From Haliotis rufescens (Eukaryota): DNA of 64,000 nucleotides. The translations under genes were made by a program, and so were the position numbers. Shown piece by piece: positions 35,501 to 50,500 of the stretch. Location of the stretch: the NCBI RefSeq assembly GCF_023055435.1, contig NW_025964223.1:12834001-12898000 (forward strand), in the 5' to 3' direction. How positions within the stretch are numbered: the first letter of the stretch is position 1; every line of letters starts with the position of its first letter. Under the pieces are notes generated by a model. The model was not told the origin of the DNA. It searched no databases and was given only the letters and a program-made list of their open reading frames with translations.

Positions 35501-38500
35501 GTCAACATGCTCAAGGTTCATTCACCACTGAGCAGAAAGACTACCCTATGGGAATTCTAATGTAGAATTGGTCATCAGAAACCAATGCTTGTCGTAAGAG
35601 ACGACTAAAATGGATGGTGTCAGTGCAGTCGTTGGACCTGTTCCATAAGGCGATCTTAACACTACGACTGTCGTAAGTCTATGTTAAAGTATGTGAGTTG
35701 CGATCATCTTAGCACTAAGATAGCTTTGTCCTTGGGGTCTTCCATGGTATTTGAATCTGGAGACCCCATAAATCTTTAATGTTTTACACAAGGATCATGT
35801 CTGAACCAGCGTTGTTAGTGCAGGTTATTTAAGTTACAAAATTCCCATGTATATAATATTCAATAACACCCACAGAACTGAAAAAAAACAAACACTTTTA
35901 TGAACATTGTAGAAACAAAGATTGTCAGTAATTTTCAAAAGCTTTCACTTTCTACAGAAATTAACAGCTGGGAGACAGACATGATACATCTACCCGAGGC
36001 AAGAAAGTTAACTGACTATTAAAGTCCAATTTCCACTCTTGCCGAACTAGGCTGGTATTATGGAGTTACATTTTGGCTGGACTAACAAGTCTATGCATAG
36101 TCCAATCAAAATAGCGCACCGAAATCGAAACTGTCGTGCCGATTTCGATCGATTGCAGGATTTGCAAAGCATGTGCACTGCCAACTCATTGTCAGCAGAT
36201 ATTTTCCAAATCTTTTCATGTTTTTAATCAAGGTGCTCACGTGATTTGATGCATTTCATGATGTAAGACCTGTTTTATCACAATATAGATCTTGATTATC
36301 GATCAGATCGTCCTGACTGGGCGCCACCATTTTGTGTGAAGCAAACGCAAGTGGTGGAATCTGATTGGTCCATAGGAGAGGCTTAAAAGGGACATAACTG
36401 GTAATAGTGACTGGTGGATGTACGATCGAGCCCAGTAATTCCAGCCTAGTTCGGCAAGGGAGGAAACGGGACTTTTAAAGTCAGTTAACTCTCTTGCCTC
36501 GGGAAGATGGACATGATAAGCCTGTGGACAACAAAGACAACAGAGAAATGATGTCATACATAAGATTTCATGTCAAAACTCAACCAAGGCAAAGTGTTCA
36601 TATTAAGTACATGTATCAATCAAAATGTATTCATGCCATATATCACATTCACAAATTTGAGACTGAAGAAAGTGTTATTTTTCAAGTTTTACTGGTTTCA
36701 AATCCTATTTAGTAACTCTTTTAATCAAATCACTTTGCAGCACACTCTCATCTGTTGTACCTGTGAAGACTGGGTTAGAAACTTCAGCAACCCATGCTTG
36801 CTGTAAGAGGCGACTAACGGGATCGTGTGATCAGGCTCGCTGACTTGGTTGATGCGTGTCATTGTATCCCAATTGGGTAGTTCAATGCTCTTGATGTCAA
36901 TCACTGGATTATCTGGTCCTGACATGATTATTTAGACCCCTGTCATATAGCTGAAATATTGCTGAGTGCAGTGTTACACAACAAGCAAACAAACAAATTG
37001 CATCTGTTGTAAAATTCCCCTCTGAAGTGATGATAGTATTTTTCTCAGTTTGAAACATGTGACCTGTTTCAGACTGACTCCCAATGAGATCACCCAGTCG
37101 TGTCTGGGTCTGCTAGCCAACCTGTCTCGGGACAACTATACAGTACAGTCGTATGTCAAGAGTCTGGTACGTCCTCATCACACAGAATACTGCACGTATG
37201 CACAGGTTGTCAGATAACTGGTGCCTATTGCTATTTTGAAAATTGTCAACAATGGAAACAATTACAACTTAGTCTCAGCCGAGGGTAGGGTTCACTTCTG
37301 GGCCATATTTTGAAAAATGTTAAACATATTTCAACAAAACTTGGGATATGCATTGCTCATCAGCTTCACTGGTGCCTTTTGCTATTTTGATTTTTTTCTA
37401 AATTTCATTTTGTTATGTTTCCATGGAAACAATTTGGACTTAGTCTCAAACAACTCTAGGCTTAGTGTTCCGAGCCATAACTTTCAAACTAATGAATATT
37501 TGAGCATACATGTGCAATGACCATATGGTCACCTATTGCCCTTTCATATTTTTAAATTAATTTTTGTTTTTAATTTGTTGTGTTTCCATGGAAATAGTTT
37601 TGACTAAGTCTCAAACATGTAGGGTTTGTTTCCCACCAAAATTCTACAGTTACTGAATATTTCTGCATGAAACCGTTATCTTTCTAGGCTATGAATTTCT
37701 GTTATTGTTTTTCAGATTTGCAAACACATTTACAGTACCAAGTTGAACTAATTAGCCAAAAAAGGGGAAGGGAAACTTATTCTATTATGACACTGGAGTT
37801 GGGTGCAGAAATGAAATTCCATTACTTTGTGTCTTCTAGCCATTGAGTATTGCCAAGCTTATTAAAATCTACCGCTAAACAAAGATCTAAGGACATCCAA
37901 TTAGGGGTCACGTCAGAACGACCTTTCATCCGACCAATCAGAGCGTTGCTTACCAGATCATGAAAGTGACAGTTGCAATGTGATTTCTAATCTTGCAACC
38001 CCAAAAACTTTAACACGGGGGGGTTCCGGACGAGAGTTACGGTATTAACGACTGAATCCATACAATCTAGACCATCTATTAGCCATTCCAGAATGTTCTT
38101 TTGTTCAGGTTTCAAATGTTTTATTGAAAACTTGTCAAAATATGTTTCGAAGCATAGTCGCCAATTTAAAATTAATGCCGTAAAGCACGAGAAAGCTGCC
38201 TTCTGATTGGCTAATGTCGACTTCTTGTCAGTCATTCCATTGGTCAGTCAAAGTTCGTGTAAGGTCGGTCTGACATGACCTGTAATGCTTTGTTTAGCGG
38301 TAGTGAGAACTAAGATCTGATTTTAATGAGACTGGAGTATCGCTTGATGGCCTCCTTTAGAATACGTTTAGTTTTGTATTTAGACGTAAATGTTGCGTGA
38401 ATGTATCAGGTGTTTATCTTGTCTTGACTTCTCAGAAACAAACAGTATCCCTTCAAAACAACTTTCTGTAATGCTATGTTAAAGCTTACAGGGACTAATT

Positions 38501-41500
38501 ATTGGTGAAAACATGGCTATATTGCAGGAGAACTTTAAACGGTTGATGCGGATGCTGTGTACGTACATCTCGGACAAGAACCTGACTGTTGCTGTGTTCA
38601 GCATGTGTGTCCTCACGAGTCTGTGTCTTCATGAAGAGATCGGTCAGGAGGTACGGCCACCAGAGACAGGTGCATGTGTTACTGGCAATTTCAGTCATAT
38701 TACATCTGGAACGTTTTCTTCAAACTTCTTTTGTTTCTTTGTTATTTAATGCTGCACTCCAGCTCTGTAAATAATCCATCCTGGACCAGACAATCCAGTG
38801 ATTGACATCATGAGCATCGATCCATGCAATTTGGATACAATGATATGCATCAACCAAGTCAGCAAGCCTGACCACCTGATCCCTTTAGTTGCCTCTTACG
38901 ACAAGCATAGTCGCCTTTTACGGCAAGCATGGGTTGCTGAGGACCTATTCTACCCCGGATCTTCATGGGTCTTGTGTACTTCTATACTGCATGTGTCAGT
39001 ATAACACCTTCACACTGAACAATAGTATTTCTGTTTTCAACCAAATCTTGTCACGTAGATATCAAAACGTTTAGTGCTTAAAAAGAAAATGTTGTTTCTC
39101 TCTTGCTGTCATTGGTGTTTCTGAGATAAATTCCAAAAGATTGTATTGCAGTAAACTGACAACTTCGATTCAGCTCTAGTTTATTTTCTCCAGATTTTCA
39201 ACACAGAGAATGTGAATGAGACTCTGAAGCTGATCTTCAACATCCTGGTGAATGGAGACTTTGGTGTGACGCGTCTCTACGTTGTCGACCTCTTCCAGGA
39301 TCTGCTGAAGAAACCCAGCATACAGAACTCCCTACAGAGGTGAGTTTCATGTTGGTGGTCCCAGTACACTCCTGAATGTGGGACCTAAACAGGAGATGGC
39401 TCGGTGAAGTTGGCTGTCCTGACGGGTTTGATTCAAGTCACTTAGGGGGCACGGGTGGCCCAGTCATCTAAGGTGCCGCGATTCATAACTGGAATACTGT
39501 TAAAAGCGGCGTTAAACCCAACTCAGTCACTCACTAAAGTCACTTGAAACCATTTTGTTCATCTGCACACTCAAATATACTCATGCATGCCGAGGCAGCA
39601 GCTGATGATACCACCAACACCACAGAGACAATCTATCACTTTCATGTATCATTTATGAACACATAAAATACAGAAAGTATCCATAAGTATCAGAAATATC
39701 TACTAAAAGTAGAATCTGACAATATCATGAGCATCTGTATTGAATTGTGATACCAGATGTTAGCGAAAAGGTGGGCGTATCCTGCCGCTCCAGTGGCACC
39801 CGTTACAGCATCTTGGCTTGTACTGCACATGGATGTGGTACCAAGGAGCATAAGCCCTTTAGTCGGACAGTTGTATGTTCGCTTAACTTTCAGGGTTAGC
39901 AATAGGTTGTCAGGTAATACTTTGGAAGATCGTGCTGGTAGAGGATTTTGTTTGCTTCATGATCAACATAATACTTATCGATGTAAGTTTTAATGTAAGT
40001 TTTCAATGATAATTACGCATGTGGTTTATCTTGGATGTGACTTCGTTATTTCAGGTATAAACACCTACAGATATGTATCAACCACACCTTGAACCTGATT
40101 GCCTCCAGCACAGGAGAAACTGTCACCAAGGTAGGTTTTCTCGAGGGACTGACTGTCTCAGACATACATGCTTCTGTGTTAATCTGCCCTCACTCTCTCA
40201 GACACACATGCTTCTGTGTTAATCTCCCCTCACTCTCTCAGACACACATGCTCCTGTGTTAATCTCCCCTCACTCTCTTAGACACACATGCTCCTATGTT
40301 AATCTCCCCTCACTCTCTCAGACACAGATTCTTCTGAGTTAATCTGCCCTCACTCTCTCAGACACACATGCTCCTGTGTTAATCTATACTCACTCTCTCA
40401 GACACACATGCTCCTGTGTTAATCTACCCTCACTCTCTCAGACACACATGCTCCTGTGTAAATCTGCCCTCACTCTCTCAGACACACATGCTCCTGTGTT
40501 AATCTGCCCCCCCCCACACTCAGACACACATGCTCCTGTGTTAATCTGCCCTCACTCTCTCAGACACACATGCTCCTGTGTTAATCTATACTCACTCTCT
40601 CAGACACACATGCTCCTGTGTTAATCTGCCCTCACTCTCTCAGACACACATGCTCCTGTGTTAATCTACCCTCACTCTCTCAGACACACATGCTCCTATG
40701 TTAATCTGCCCTCACTCTCTCAGACACACATGCTCCTGTGTTAATCTGCCCTCACTCTCTCAGACACACATGCTCCTGTGTTAATCTGCCCCCACTCTCT
40801 CAGACACACATGCTCCTGTGTTAATCTGCCCCCACTCTCTCAGACACACATGCTCCTGTGTTAATCTATACTCACTCTCTCAGACACACATGCTCCTGTG
40901 TTAATCTATACTCACTCTCTCAGACACACATGCTCCTGTGTTAATCTACCCTCACTCTCTCAGACACACATGCTCCTGTGTAAATCTGCCCTCACTCTCT
41001 CAGACACACATGCTTCTGTGTAAATCTGCCCTCACTCTCTCAGACACACATGCTTCTGTGTTAATCTGCCCCCATTCTCTCAGACACACATGCTTCTGTG
41101 TTAATCTGCCCTCACTCTCTCAGACACACATGCTCCTGTGTTAATCTGCCCTCACTCTCTCAGACACACATGCTCCTGTGTTAATCTGCCCCCACTCTCT
41201 CAGACACACATGCTCCTGTGTAAATCTGCCCTCACTCTCTCAGACACACATGCTTCTGAGTTAATCTGCCCTCACTCTCTCAGACACACATGCTCCTGTG
41301 TTAATCTATACTCACTCTCTCAGACACACATGCTTCTGAGTTAATCTGCCCTCACTCTCTCAGACACACATGCTTCTGAGTTAATCTGCCCTCACTCTCT
41401 CAGACACACATGCTTCTGAGTTAATCTGCCCTCACTCTCTCAGACACACATGCTCCTGTGTTAATCTACCCTCACACTCTCAGACACACATGCTCCTGTG

Positions 41501-44500
41501 TAAATCTGCCCTCACTCTCTCAGACACACATGCTCCTGTGTTAATCTGCCCCCACTCTCTCAGACACACATGCTCCTGTGTTAATCTCCCCTCACTCAGA
41601 CACACATGCTCCTATGTTAATCTCCCCTCACTCAGACACACATGCTCCTGTGTTAATCTCCCCTCACTCTCTCAGACACACATGCTCCTGTGTTAATCTA
41701 CCCTCACTCTCTCAGACACACATGCTCCTTTGTTAATCTGCCCTCACTCTCCACCCACAGTTATTTGAGCTGCTGCTCAGCTTCTGTACCCTGGGCACCA
41801 TCAGGACGTCCATCTGCAAGACCTTGTTCAGTGCCCCCAGACTGCAGTCAGCTGACCACTACCGGAATGCTCTCAAGGGTCCCGTGAGTGGTCAGTCTGA
41901 ACCGCTGTTTGCCGTCGTCCACTGGGCCATGCAGACAGTGGACACATCTGACACAGCATCACTGTTTGCCCTGGATCTGCTCACAGAGATTTACGAGGTT
42001 TGTGTTTTCTTTGTGTTGTCAGGATGAGATACGAAGTTATCTGCCTTTGACTGTTGTAACTCGATTATATGCTTTGTCAAAGAATGAATGCTTTTGTTTG
42101 TCCATGTATTGGTGATATTTCGTCCATCATTCCAAGTAGTTTCACAATACTCTGTGTTCGATAAAACAAGTGACCCGTGAAGATTCCGGGGTAGAAAAGG
42201 TCTTCAGCAACCCATACTTGCCGTAAAAGGCGACTATGCTTGTCGTAAAAGGCGACTAACGGGATCTTGTGGTCAGGCTCGCTGACTTGGTTGATACATG
42301 TCATCTATCCTAATTGCGTGGATCGATGCTCATGATGTCAACCACTGGGTTGTCTGGTCCAGACTCGATTATTTTACAGACCGCCGTCATATAGCTGGAA
42401 TATTGCTGAGTGCGGCGTTAAACAACAAACAAACAATAAAACAAGTGATGACCGTATGATAATTCCTACACTTTTACATGAACTTTCTGTAGTGTGTGTA
42501 TGTGTTGGCAGGGTTAGAAATTGGCACTAGTCCCCTAGTCCTTGCCAAACTGCCCAATAGTAAAGGTATCCTAAGGACCAGTAAAATTTTGAGATTTTTA
42601 AAGGTTTTGCTATATGCTATCATTATAAGGACTAGTGGACAGAAACTGTTAGTTTCTACCGCTGGTTGGGGTGGGAGAGTGGGGGGATTGTGCTGTAATA
42701 TCTCCACCTGTGGTCAAGTCTGAGCACACACTGGACATGGAAGTTGTATGAGAGAATGAACCCACCATTGTGAGACACCATCCATCTGATCCATGTAGGT
42801 ATGTCATGCTACATCTTGTAGTATAAGGGGAGGTAACTTGTGTTACCATACATCATTTGTGACCAACTCAGGTTATTCCAGGACAAGACGAATAGCGACT
42901 CGTGCCCCTCTCATGGCCATATTTGCGACCAGGTTCCGTCTTAGCGCAAACGGGTATACCTAAAACAATTGCCAACTTGTTACATAATGGGTAACATATA
43001 TTTTCCCATATATTATATATATTTCAGATGCAATTTAAAGCACATCTGGACATGTGGACTTATACAGCATGATTGAACACATTTAACTGTCTTGGGTATA
43101 GTTTTAGATGCAAGACATATGTAAAATCAAAAATTATTTCTAAGGGATTCTTTTGACGAAGAACTCAAAATCATACGCGCATTCTGATTGGTTTGTCGTA
43201 TTTTCGCACATAACATACATTGATAGGGGGACGAGTCTTCTTGCAGGTTACGGAAAGGGATGAGTGGTGACGAATGACCATACATGTATGGGCAGTGTAA
43301 GGGGGATAACTCTAAAAGGATGTAGAACGAATATGGCGGATGAGGGGGATGCGTTGCTAGGTAGGCAGGCGCACGGTAAGAATAGTAGCGGGCAGTTCAT
43401 CTTCTTGAGGCAAAAGCATGGTTCCCACTGCCACTGGAAAACCTGGAAATGTGTTGGAAAAAATTCCAGTCAGGGAAATATCAGGGAATTCACTAAAAAC
43501 TTCAAAATCAGGGATTTATCAGGGATTTTTTGCTCTTGGAACTCATACTCTCTATTATTTAATGGTTGTGGCAGCCACTCAAATTTAAGCAATGGAGTTT
43601 ATTCGTTTGAAAAAGAGGTATTTTTCAAATTTTACTATATCAAGGTCAAGGTCAATGTGGCTGATAGGGATTTGCGCCCCTTACCTCCAGAGCTAACTAA
43701 ATTCTAAATTTAAAATATTTTGAGTAAAATATTACATTGCCTTGGTATTAGTTTACCATTTGAATTTCAGAAATCAATTTGAATGTAAAATTTCAAATCT
43801 CATAAAGTTCTACTGTTCAAGAACAAACAAAATAATGCAATTAGGATTGTATAAAGCTCTTTGTTAATGAAAAGTGTATCAGTGTTAGATAAATCATTGG
43901 AAAAACTTAGGGTGACTTCAGTTGTGGTTATAATTATCTATTCCCTGGTGACCTTTTGAAAGTGCAGATGTATATTTGAATGGTTAGTTTGTGAAATGCT
44001 GTGCATGAATGTTGCACTGAAAGTAGTGATGGTATTTACTTTATTATAATGTCACTAATTAGTTCATGTTCATGTTTCTAAAGTTGTGAGATCCTAGTCC
44101 TGAAGTCCATTTTCAAAAATTGTAATACTCTTGTTTTGATTAGGCAATGATTGATGGAGTTAATTTGTAGTTTGAACTCTTTAAATGGTGGCAGATGGAT
44201 GGCCTTAAGGGGAGGATAATTACTTGGTGACTTAGTTTTCCTTAAACCAAACATAACACACTTTTGTACAGAAATATCTAAAAAAAGACGTTTCCATTGG
44301 TCTATTTTAAAGCTGTTTATATAATAAAGTTAAAACACCACTCCCAGTTGTTATAATGGAGGCCGTGTAATGCAGTCTGGAAAAGTTCTAAGTTCTCTGG
44401 AAATATCAGGGAAATGTCAGGGAATTTTTCGGAAGAAAAAAAGTGGGAACCGTGAAAAGAGTTAATTGACTTTCAAAGTCCAGTTTCCACCCTTGCCGAA

Positions 44501-47500
44501 CTAGTCTGGAATTCCTGGGCTCGATTGTAGCTCCGCCAGTGGTTATTACGAGTTATGTCCCTTTTAAGCCTCTCCTTTGGACCAATCAGATTCCACCTCT
44601 CGTATCACTTGCATTTGTTTCAAACAAAATGGCGGCACCCAGTCAAGGGGATCTGATCAGTAATAATCAAGATCTCTACATTGTGATAAAGCGGGTCTTA
44701 CATCGAGAAGTGCATCAAATCACGCAAGCACCTTGATTAAAAACATGAAAAAATCTGGAAAATATCTGTTGACAACGAGTTAGAGGGGGTACATGCTTTG
44801 CAAATCCTACAATCAACCAAAATCTGCATGACAGTTTACGAACCGGATTTCGATTTCGTTGCTCGATTTTGATTAGACTATGCATAGACTCGTTAGTCCA
44901 GCCAAAATGTAACTCCATAATACCAGCCTAGTTCGACAAGGGTGGAAACTATTACTGTGTATTAGGCGAGTTTTACGTACCTAGAATGAGGGGGTTAAGA
45001 TTTTTTAACAGGTGTTTCACTTTCAGCTTCCACTTGCGATGTCAACCAGCGTTCTATAGCCAGCCCGGAATTTAACAATAAAACTTCGTATTTCGTTCTA
45101 GAGCTATTTCCATACATAAACATGATTTGAATCTGTTTTCCTTGAATAAAGTTGAATGTTTCTGCAAATGGTGATAATACCCAATCAGCTTGCAGGCCAA
45201 GCCGGCCGTGCTTATTAACCTACACATCCTTGTTAGCGCTTTTAAGATTTGTTTGTGTTGTGACAAATACATACCTAAAAATACATACTTTTAATTAAGC
45301 ACAACTGAAATAACTTTACCTTGTCATACTTTTCTTCTCAGCCATCGTATTGTACATCATACTGGCAACATAGTGATGTAAGAAAATTCTGTTACTATTT
45401 TTCATGATACTTGCCCTTTTAACAACAAACAAACAAACAAACATGATTCTACTGAGATGGGTTCCATGTTGTGCAGGAGGTGCTGTACTCCGGCCGTACC
45501 CCCGACCTGTGCATCCACTCGGACCTGCTCCTCCCCGTGCTGGTGGAGATCCTGCGGTCAAGTGTGGACGGTGACGCCACGCTGGTCAGAAGGAAGTGTA
45601 ACAAGGTGGTCAAGGCAGTGAGACTTCTCACAGGTCAGTGGTCACATCTATACCGAGATTCCCTTCACGTAGGGTTGGCCATGGAGGCTTGGCCATGGAT
45701 GTGGTGCTTAGAACTGATTTATAGTGAGGGAGTATGGTTTTTTAGCAATATTACAGCAGTATCACGGCAGGGGACACCAGAAATGGGCTTCACACATTGT
45801 ACCCATGTCAGGAATCGAACCCGGGTCTTCGGCATGACGAACGAACGCTTTAACCACTAGGCTACCCGGCCGCCCCAGCTGATTTTGAAGCAATGACAGA
45901 AGCATCACAATCATGATCAACACCCTGGATTTACTCGGATATTATCGCATCCTTAAACTATCATCACAGATTTTTTTCACTTTTTTTCATAAAAATTAGG
46001 CAGGGCCCAGTTTTACAAAGTGTTTTTGTGCTACAACTGTCAGGTCCCATAGCTTAACATAGCTTTGATCATCATATCACTAAGAAAGCTTTCTGCAGCT
46101 TGGCCCACATTTCAGTTGAACTGTACAAGCTTACATGGCTTTGTTTTAAACCAGAGAGTAAAACCATGTTCAGAGATAACACTGTGAGAAGATTGACAGT
46201 AATGATGTCAAACGATGCGAGTCAGGGATGAACATTAAAGGGCAAGTAAAGTCAACAGAGCAACTTTGCAGATTTTGATACTTAGGCATACTTAATCACA
46301 AATGCCTGACCAAAATGAAATTTGAAAAATGGCATAAAACAGACAAAAAAACATGCGAAAAGGGGTTCCTGGTGTTTGATGCACTGTGCTTTTTCAACGA
46401 TCATCATCTTCGATAAAAACTATAGTTACCAATTGTTAATTGTTTTTTTAATTATTCACAATGTCAAAGATCAAAGTCTTTTCACACATTCAACTATGTA
46501 TTCAATGTTGTTTTTGTAGGATTAACAGAAATATCAGAAACATTATATGTATAGCGACTGAGAATCACAAGGTAGTTAAACACAGCAGACCTATCAGCCA
46601 ATGAAAACAGTTGTCACCGCTGTGCCGGTAGCTTTATGTGACGCCCCCAAATAGGTTTGTTTTGGAAGCTGATTACGCAGCTTGTGATTTCAGCACTTTC
46701 ACTCGGACATTTAAATACTTTTGCCAAATATTATGAATTTTTCTCTCTAAGAAATAAACTAAATGTAAACTGTTTGATTGGCATTACTTAGAAGTTTACA
46801 GATGACAAGGTAGACACAATTTTATGGATAACAACTTCTTTTATACTGTAAAAAAGCAATGTTTCGGTATAGATCCTTATACAGTTAGTTGTCATGCAAC
46901 GTTGACAACGGTATAAGGATCTATACCGAAACGTCACTTTTTTTACAGTATTTAAAAAGGTTTTAACCATAAAATTGTGTCTGCTTAGACTAAATGTATG
47001 TAGGAAAATTGATATTCGCAAAACATGCAGTCATTTTTATCTTTACTACTTTTTAAAAGCAATGGGCTTTTCTCCAGCATTATGCTGCAATGACACAACT
47101 GGTGTACTGTGCAAAGTATGTTAGGTCCACTCACTGAGATCCCATCTGTGCCCAGTGTTGTGCAGTGAGGATGACCTGAAGGCATCGCTGGTGGACCTGG
47201 TGGACACGCCCCTGTTCCAGACCATCATCGCCTTCCAGCTGGACAACAACAAGATCCTGCACCCCAAACCTGGCCCCCCTCAACCCGATGACTGGAGGTA
47301 CACACGGGGCTCGCCATGATGGTTGATGATCATGTATTGTTAGTATTTGTCACCCGTGACAGGCGACTATGCTTGTCATAAGAGGCGACTGAATGGATCT
47401 GCTGATCAGACTTGGTGACTTGGTTGATTGCACGTCATCATATCCCAGTTGTGTGGATCGATGCTCATGATGTCAATCACTCAATTGTTTGATCGAGATT

Positions 47501-50500
47501 TGTTTATGTGCAGACTGCCATCACATAGATGGAATGTTGCCAAGTGTGGCATTGAAAAGCAACCAAACAAATCTTAGTATTTATGCATCCCTGTATCAAT
47601 GTATTTGTTGTAAATGTCCTTCTTGGTACTTGTTGTTACCCTGTCTGGCGTTCAGCATTAAGGGGCTTCAACAAGAACAAGTCAGTTCAGAGTCAGTATA
47701 CTGTTTCTGAGTGGGGTATTTATGTTAAACTGCGGCATGGTATCTCAGTGTGCTAGCACTATAAATCGTCAGTCAGGACTAGTANNNNNNNNNNNNNNNN
47801 NNNNNNNNNNNNNNNNNNNNNNNNNNNNNNNNNNNNNNNNNNNNNNNNNNNNNNNNNNNNNNNNNNNNNNNNNNNNNNNNNNNNNNNNNNNNNNNNNNNN
47901 NNNNNNNNNNNNNNNNNNNNNNNNAAGACGTTAAACCCCATTTCACCACCTCAGTCTGGGCAACATCATTTTTATTTTCTCGCCATTTGTATGATGAATG
48001 GGTGACAGGGAGGTGTTTAGATATGACTGTTGATTATCACAGCTCCGTGTGTTTCAGTGAGGCAGGCATCAAGGTGGCGCTGGTGTGTATGCACCTGATG
48101 ACCAAGATCAAGAGATACGTCCGGGACATGGAAGTGTACATCTCAGGGCTACTGCAGGTACGTGCAACAGCTGCACTGATGGTTGTAGAGTTGGCAGACA
48201 CTTAACTTGTTCACTGCAACTTTTTGTCTTAAGCAGATCAAGTTTACAGTCCCTGCATTTCTTGATTAATTTATGATCCAATAAAATCAGCCAAACATTT
48301 CCACATTGTATACTTAGAGCTTGATTGGGTCAATTAGGACAGTTTACTAGATATCTGGGGCTGATCGAGACTTAAACTGCATAAACACGTGTTACATGCA
48401 CTCATTGTTACAAGACCTGTGAAGATCCAGGTTAGAAGAGGTCTTCCATCAACCCATGCTTGCCGTAAAAGGTGACTATGCTTGTTGTAAGAGGCGACTA
48501 ACGGGATCATGTGGTCAGGCTTGCTGACTTGGTTGATGAATGTCATCGATCCCAAGTGCGTGGATCGATGCGCATGATGTCAATCACTGGATTGTCTGGT
48601 CCAGACTCGAATATTTACAGACCGTCGTCATATAGCTGGAATATTGCTGAGTGCGGCGTAAAACAACAAACAAATAAAAACATTGTTACAAGTTGTGTAG
48701 ATCACCTATCTACTCCACATGCTTCTCAGCACAGCATAGTAATCACACTACGCAACCTAAGAAATAGTTTGACATACTTTTGTTTCTCCCTATTTTGTTC
48801 TTGTGAGTTCTCTTGTTGATTGGCAGTAGGTGTAATTCTTGTTTGAATCTGTATACAGTGTAGCATCTAGACCAGCTGTAGACATAATTTACAGTTGCGA
48901 AGATGTCATGGCAAGACCTGTGATGAGGTGACCTCGTGTTTCAGGACGGTCGTATTGTTCCGTTCCTGGCATCAGGTCTGGTGTGTGAGAAGAGTGACAC
49001 GGTACAGCTGGCACTCAGACTGGTGTGTCAGGGGTCAACCCTGGAGAACTTCCCCGATGTCATGTGAGTCAACACATTGTCAACAAAGTTTGTATTTTAT
49101 CTTATCCTGACTCATTTGCTAAAGCACCAACCCAGCTGTCCCCTCTTCCCCTGTTTCGGACGTAATAAGTACGGGAAATATGAGGGTGACGAGTAACTGG
49201 GCTTGGTCACATGCTTCCAGTGCGCATGCTCAGTCCAGGGGTGCATTTGGGTGCGATGTTTTCTCTGTTCTCCGGGAACACAGTTCAGGAAGTTTCAGCT
49301 ACCTTTCGAAAATGAGTAGATATACGCAATGAGTATGAGTCAGGATAAGTATAAGTACTATTTTTACCCCCAAGAATACATTATTCCTAGCAGTTATACA
49401 GAGCTACTTCTAATAGTGTTATTAAGCTGTCCTCTGTAAAGGGAGATGATGTAAGGTTTGCGGAATTTAACTGCTACAAGTGCACAGCATTGTTTTCAAA
49501 ACCATCCAGGGTCACAGTCTGAACAAATTCACAGCCTGTGGTAATTCAAAAAGAATTTACTGCAGGTTAAAGAAACTTGATGCATGTCATCCTAAGGGCG
49601 GGGCTGCAATCTGAAAAAGTCATAAGTGACCTACGTGATAGGTCAAGTATCAGTTGTTGTGTTCAGCTGTTGTTCAAGTTAACATGATCTCTGTTCCCAA
49701 GTCTGAGAGATGCTGTGGCTGCCTTCAATGTGAAGTTGTTCTAGTTAACATAATCTCTGTTCCCAAGTCTGGGAGATGCTGTGGCTGCCTTGAATGTGAA
49801 GTTGTTCTAGTTAACATTATCGCTGTTCCTCAGCCTCGGAGATGCTGTGGCTGCCTTGAATGTGAAGTTGTTCTAGTTAACATTATCGCTGTTCCCCAGT
49901 CTGGGAGATGCTGTGGCTGCCTTGAATGTGAAGTTGTTCTAGTTAACATTATCGCTGTTCCCCAGTCTGGGAGATGCTGTGGCTGCCTTGAATGTGAAGT
50001 TGTTCTAGTTAACATTATTGCTGTTCCCCAGTCTGTGAGATGCTGTGGCTGCCTTGAATGTGAAGTTGTTCTAGTTAACATTATCGCTGTTCCCCAGCCT
50101 GGGAGATGCTGTGGCTGCCTTGAATGTGAAGTTGTTCTAGTTAACATTATCGCTGTTCCCCAGTCTGGGAGATGCTGTGGTTGCCATGTGAAGTTGTTCT
50201 TGTTAACATAATCTCTGTTCCCAAGTCTGAGAGATGTGGCTGCCTTGAATGTGAAGTTGTTCTAGTTAACATTATCTCTGTTCCCAAGTCAGGGAGATGC
50301 TGTGGCTGCCTTGAATGTGAAGTTGTTCTAGTTAACATTATCGCTGTTCCCCAGTCTGGGAGATGCTGTGGCTGCCTTGAATGTGAAGTTGTTCTAGTTA
50401 ACATTATTGCTGTTCCCCAGTCTGTGAGATGCTGTGGCTGCCTTGAATGTGAAGTTGTTCTAGTTAACATTATCGCTGTTCCCCAGCCTGGGAGATGCTG

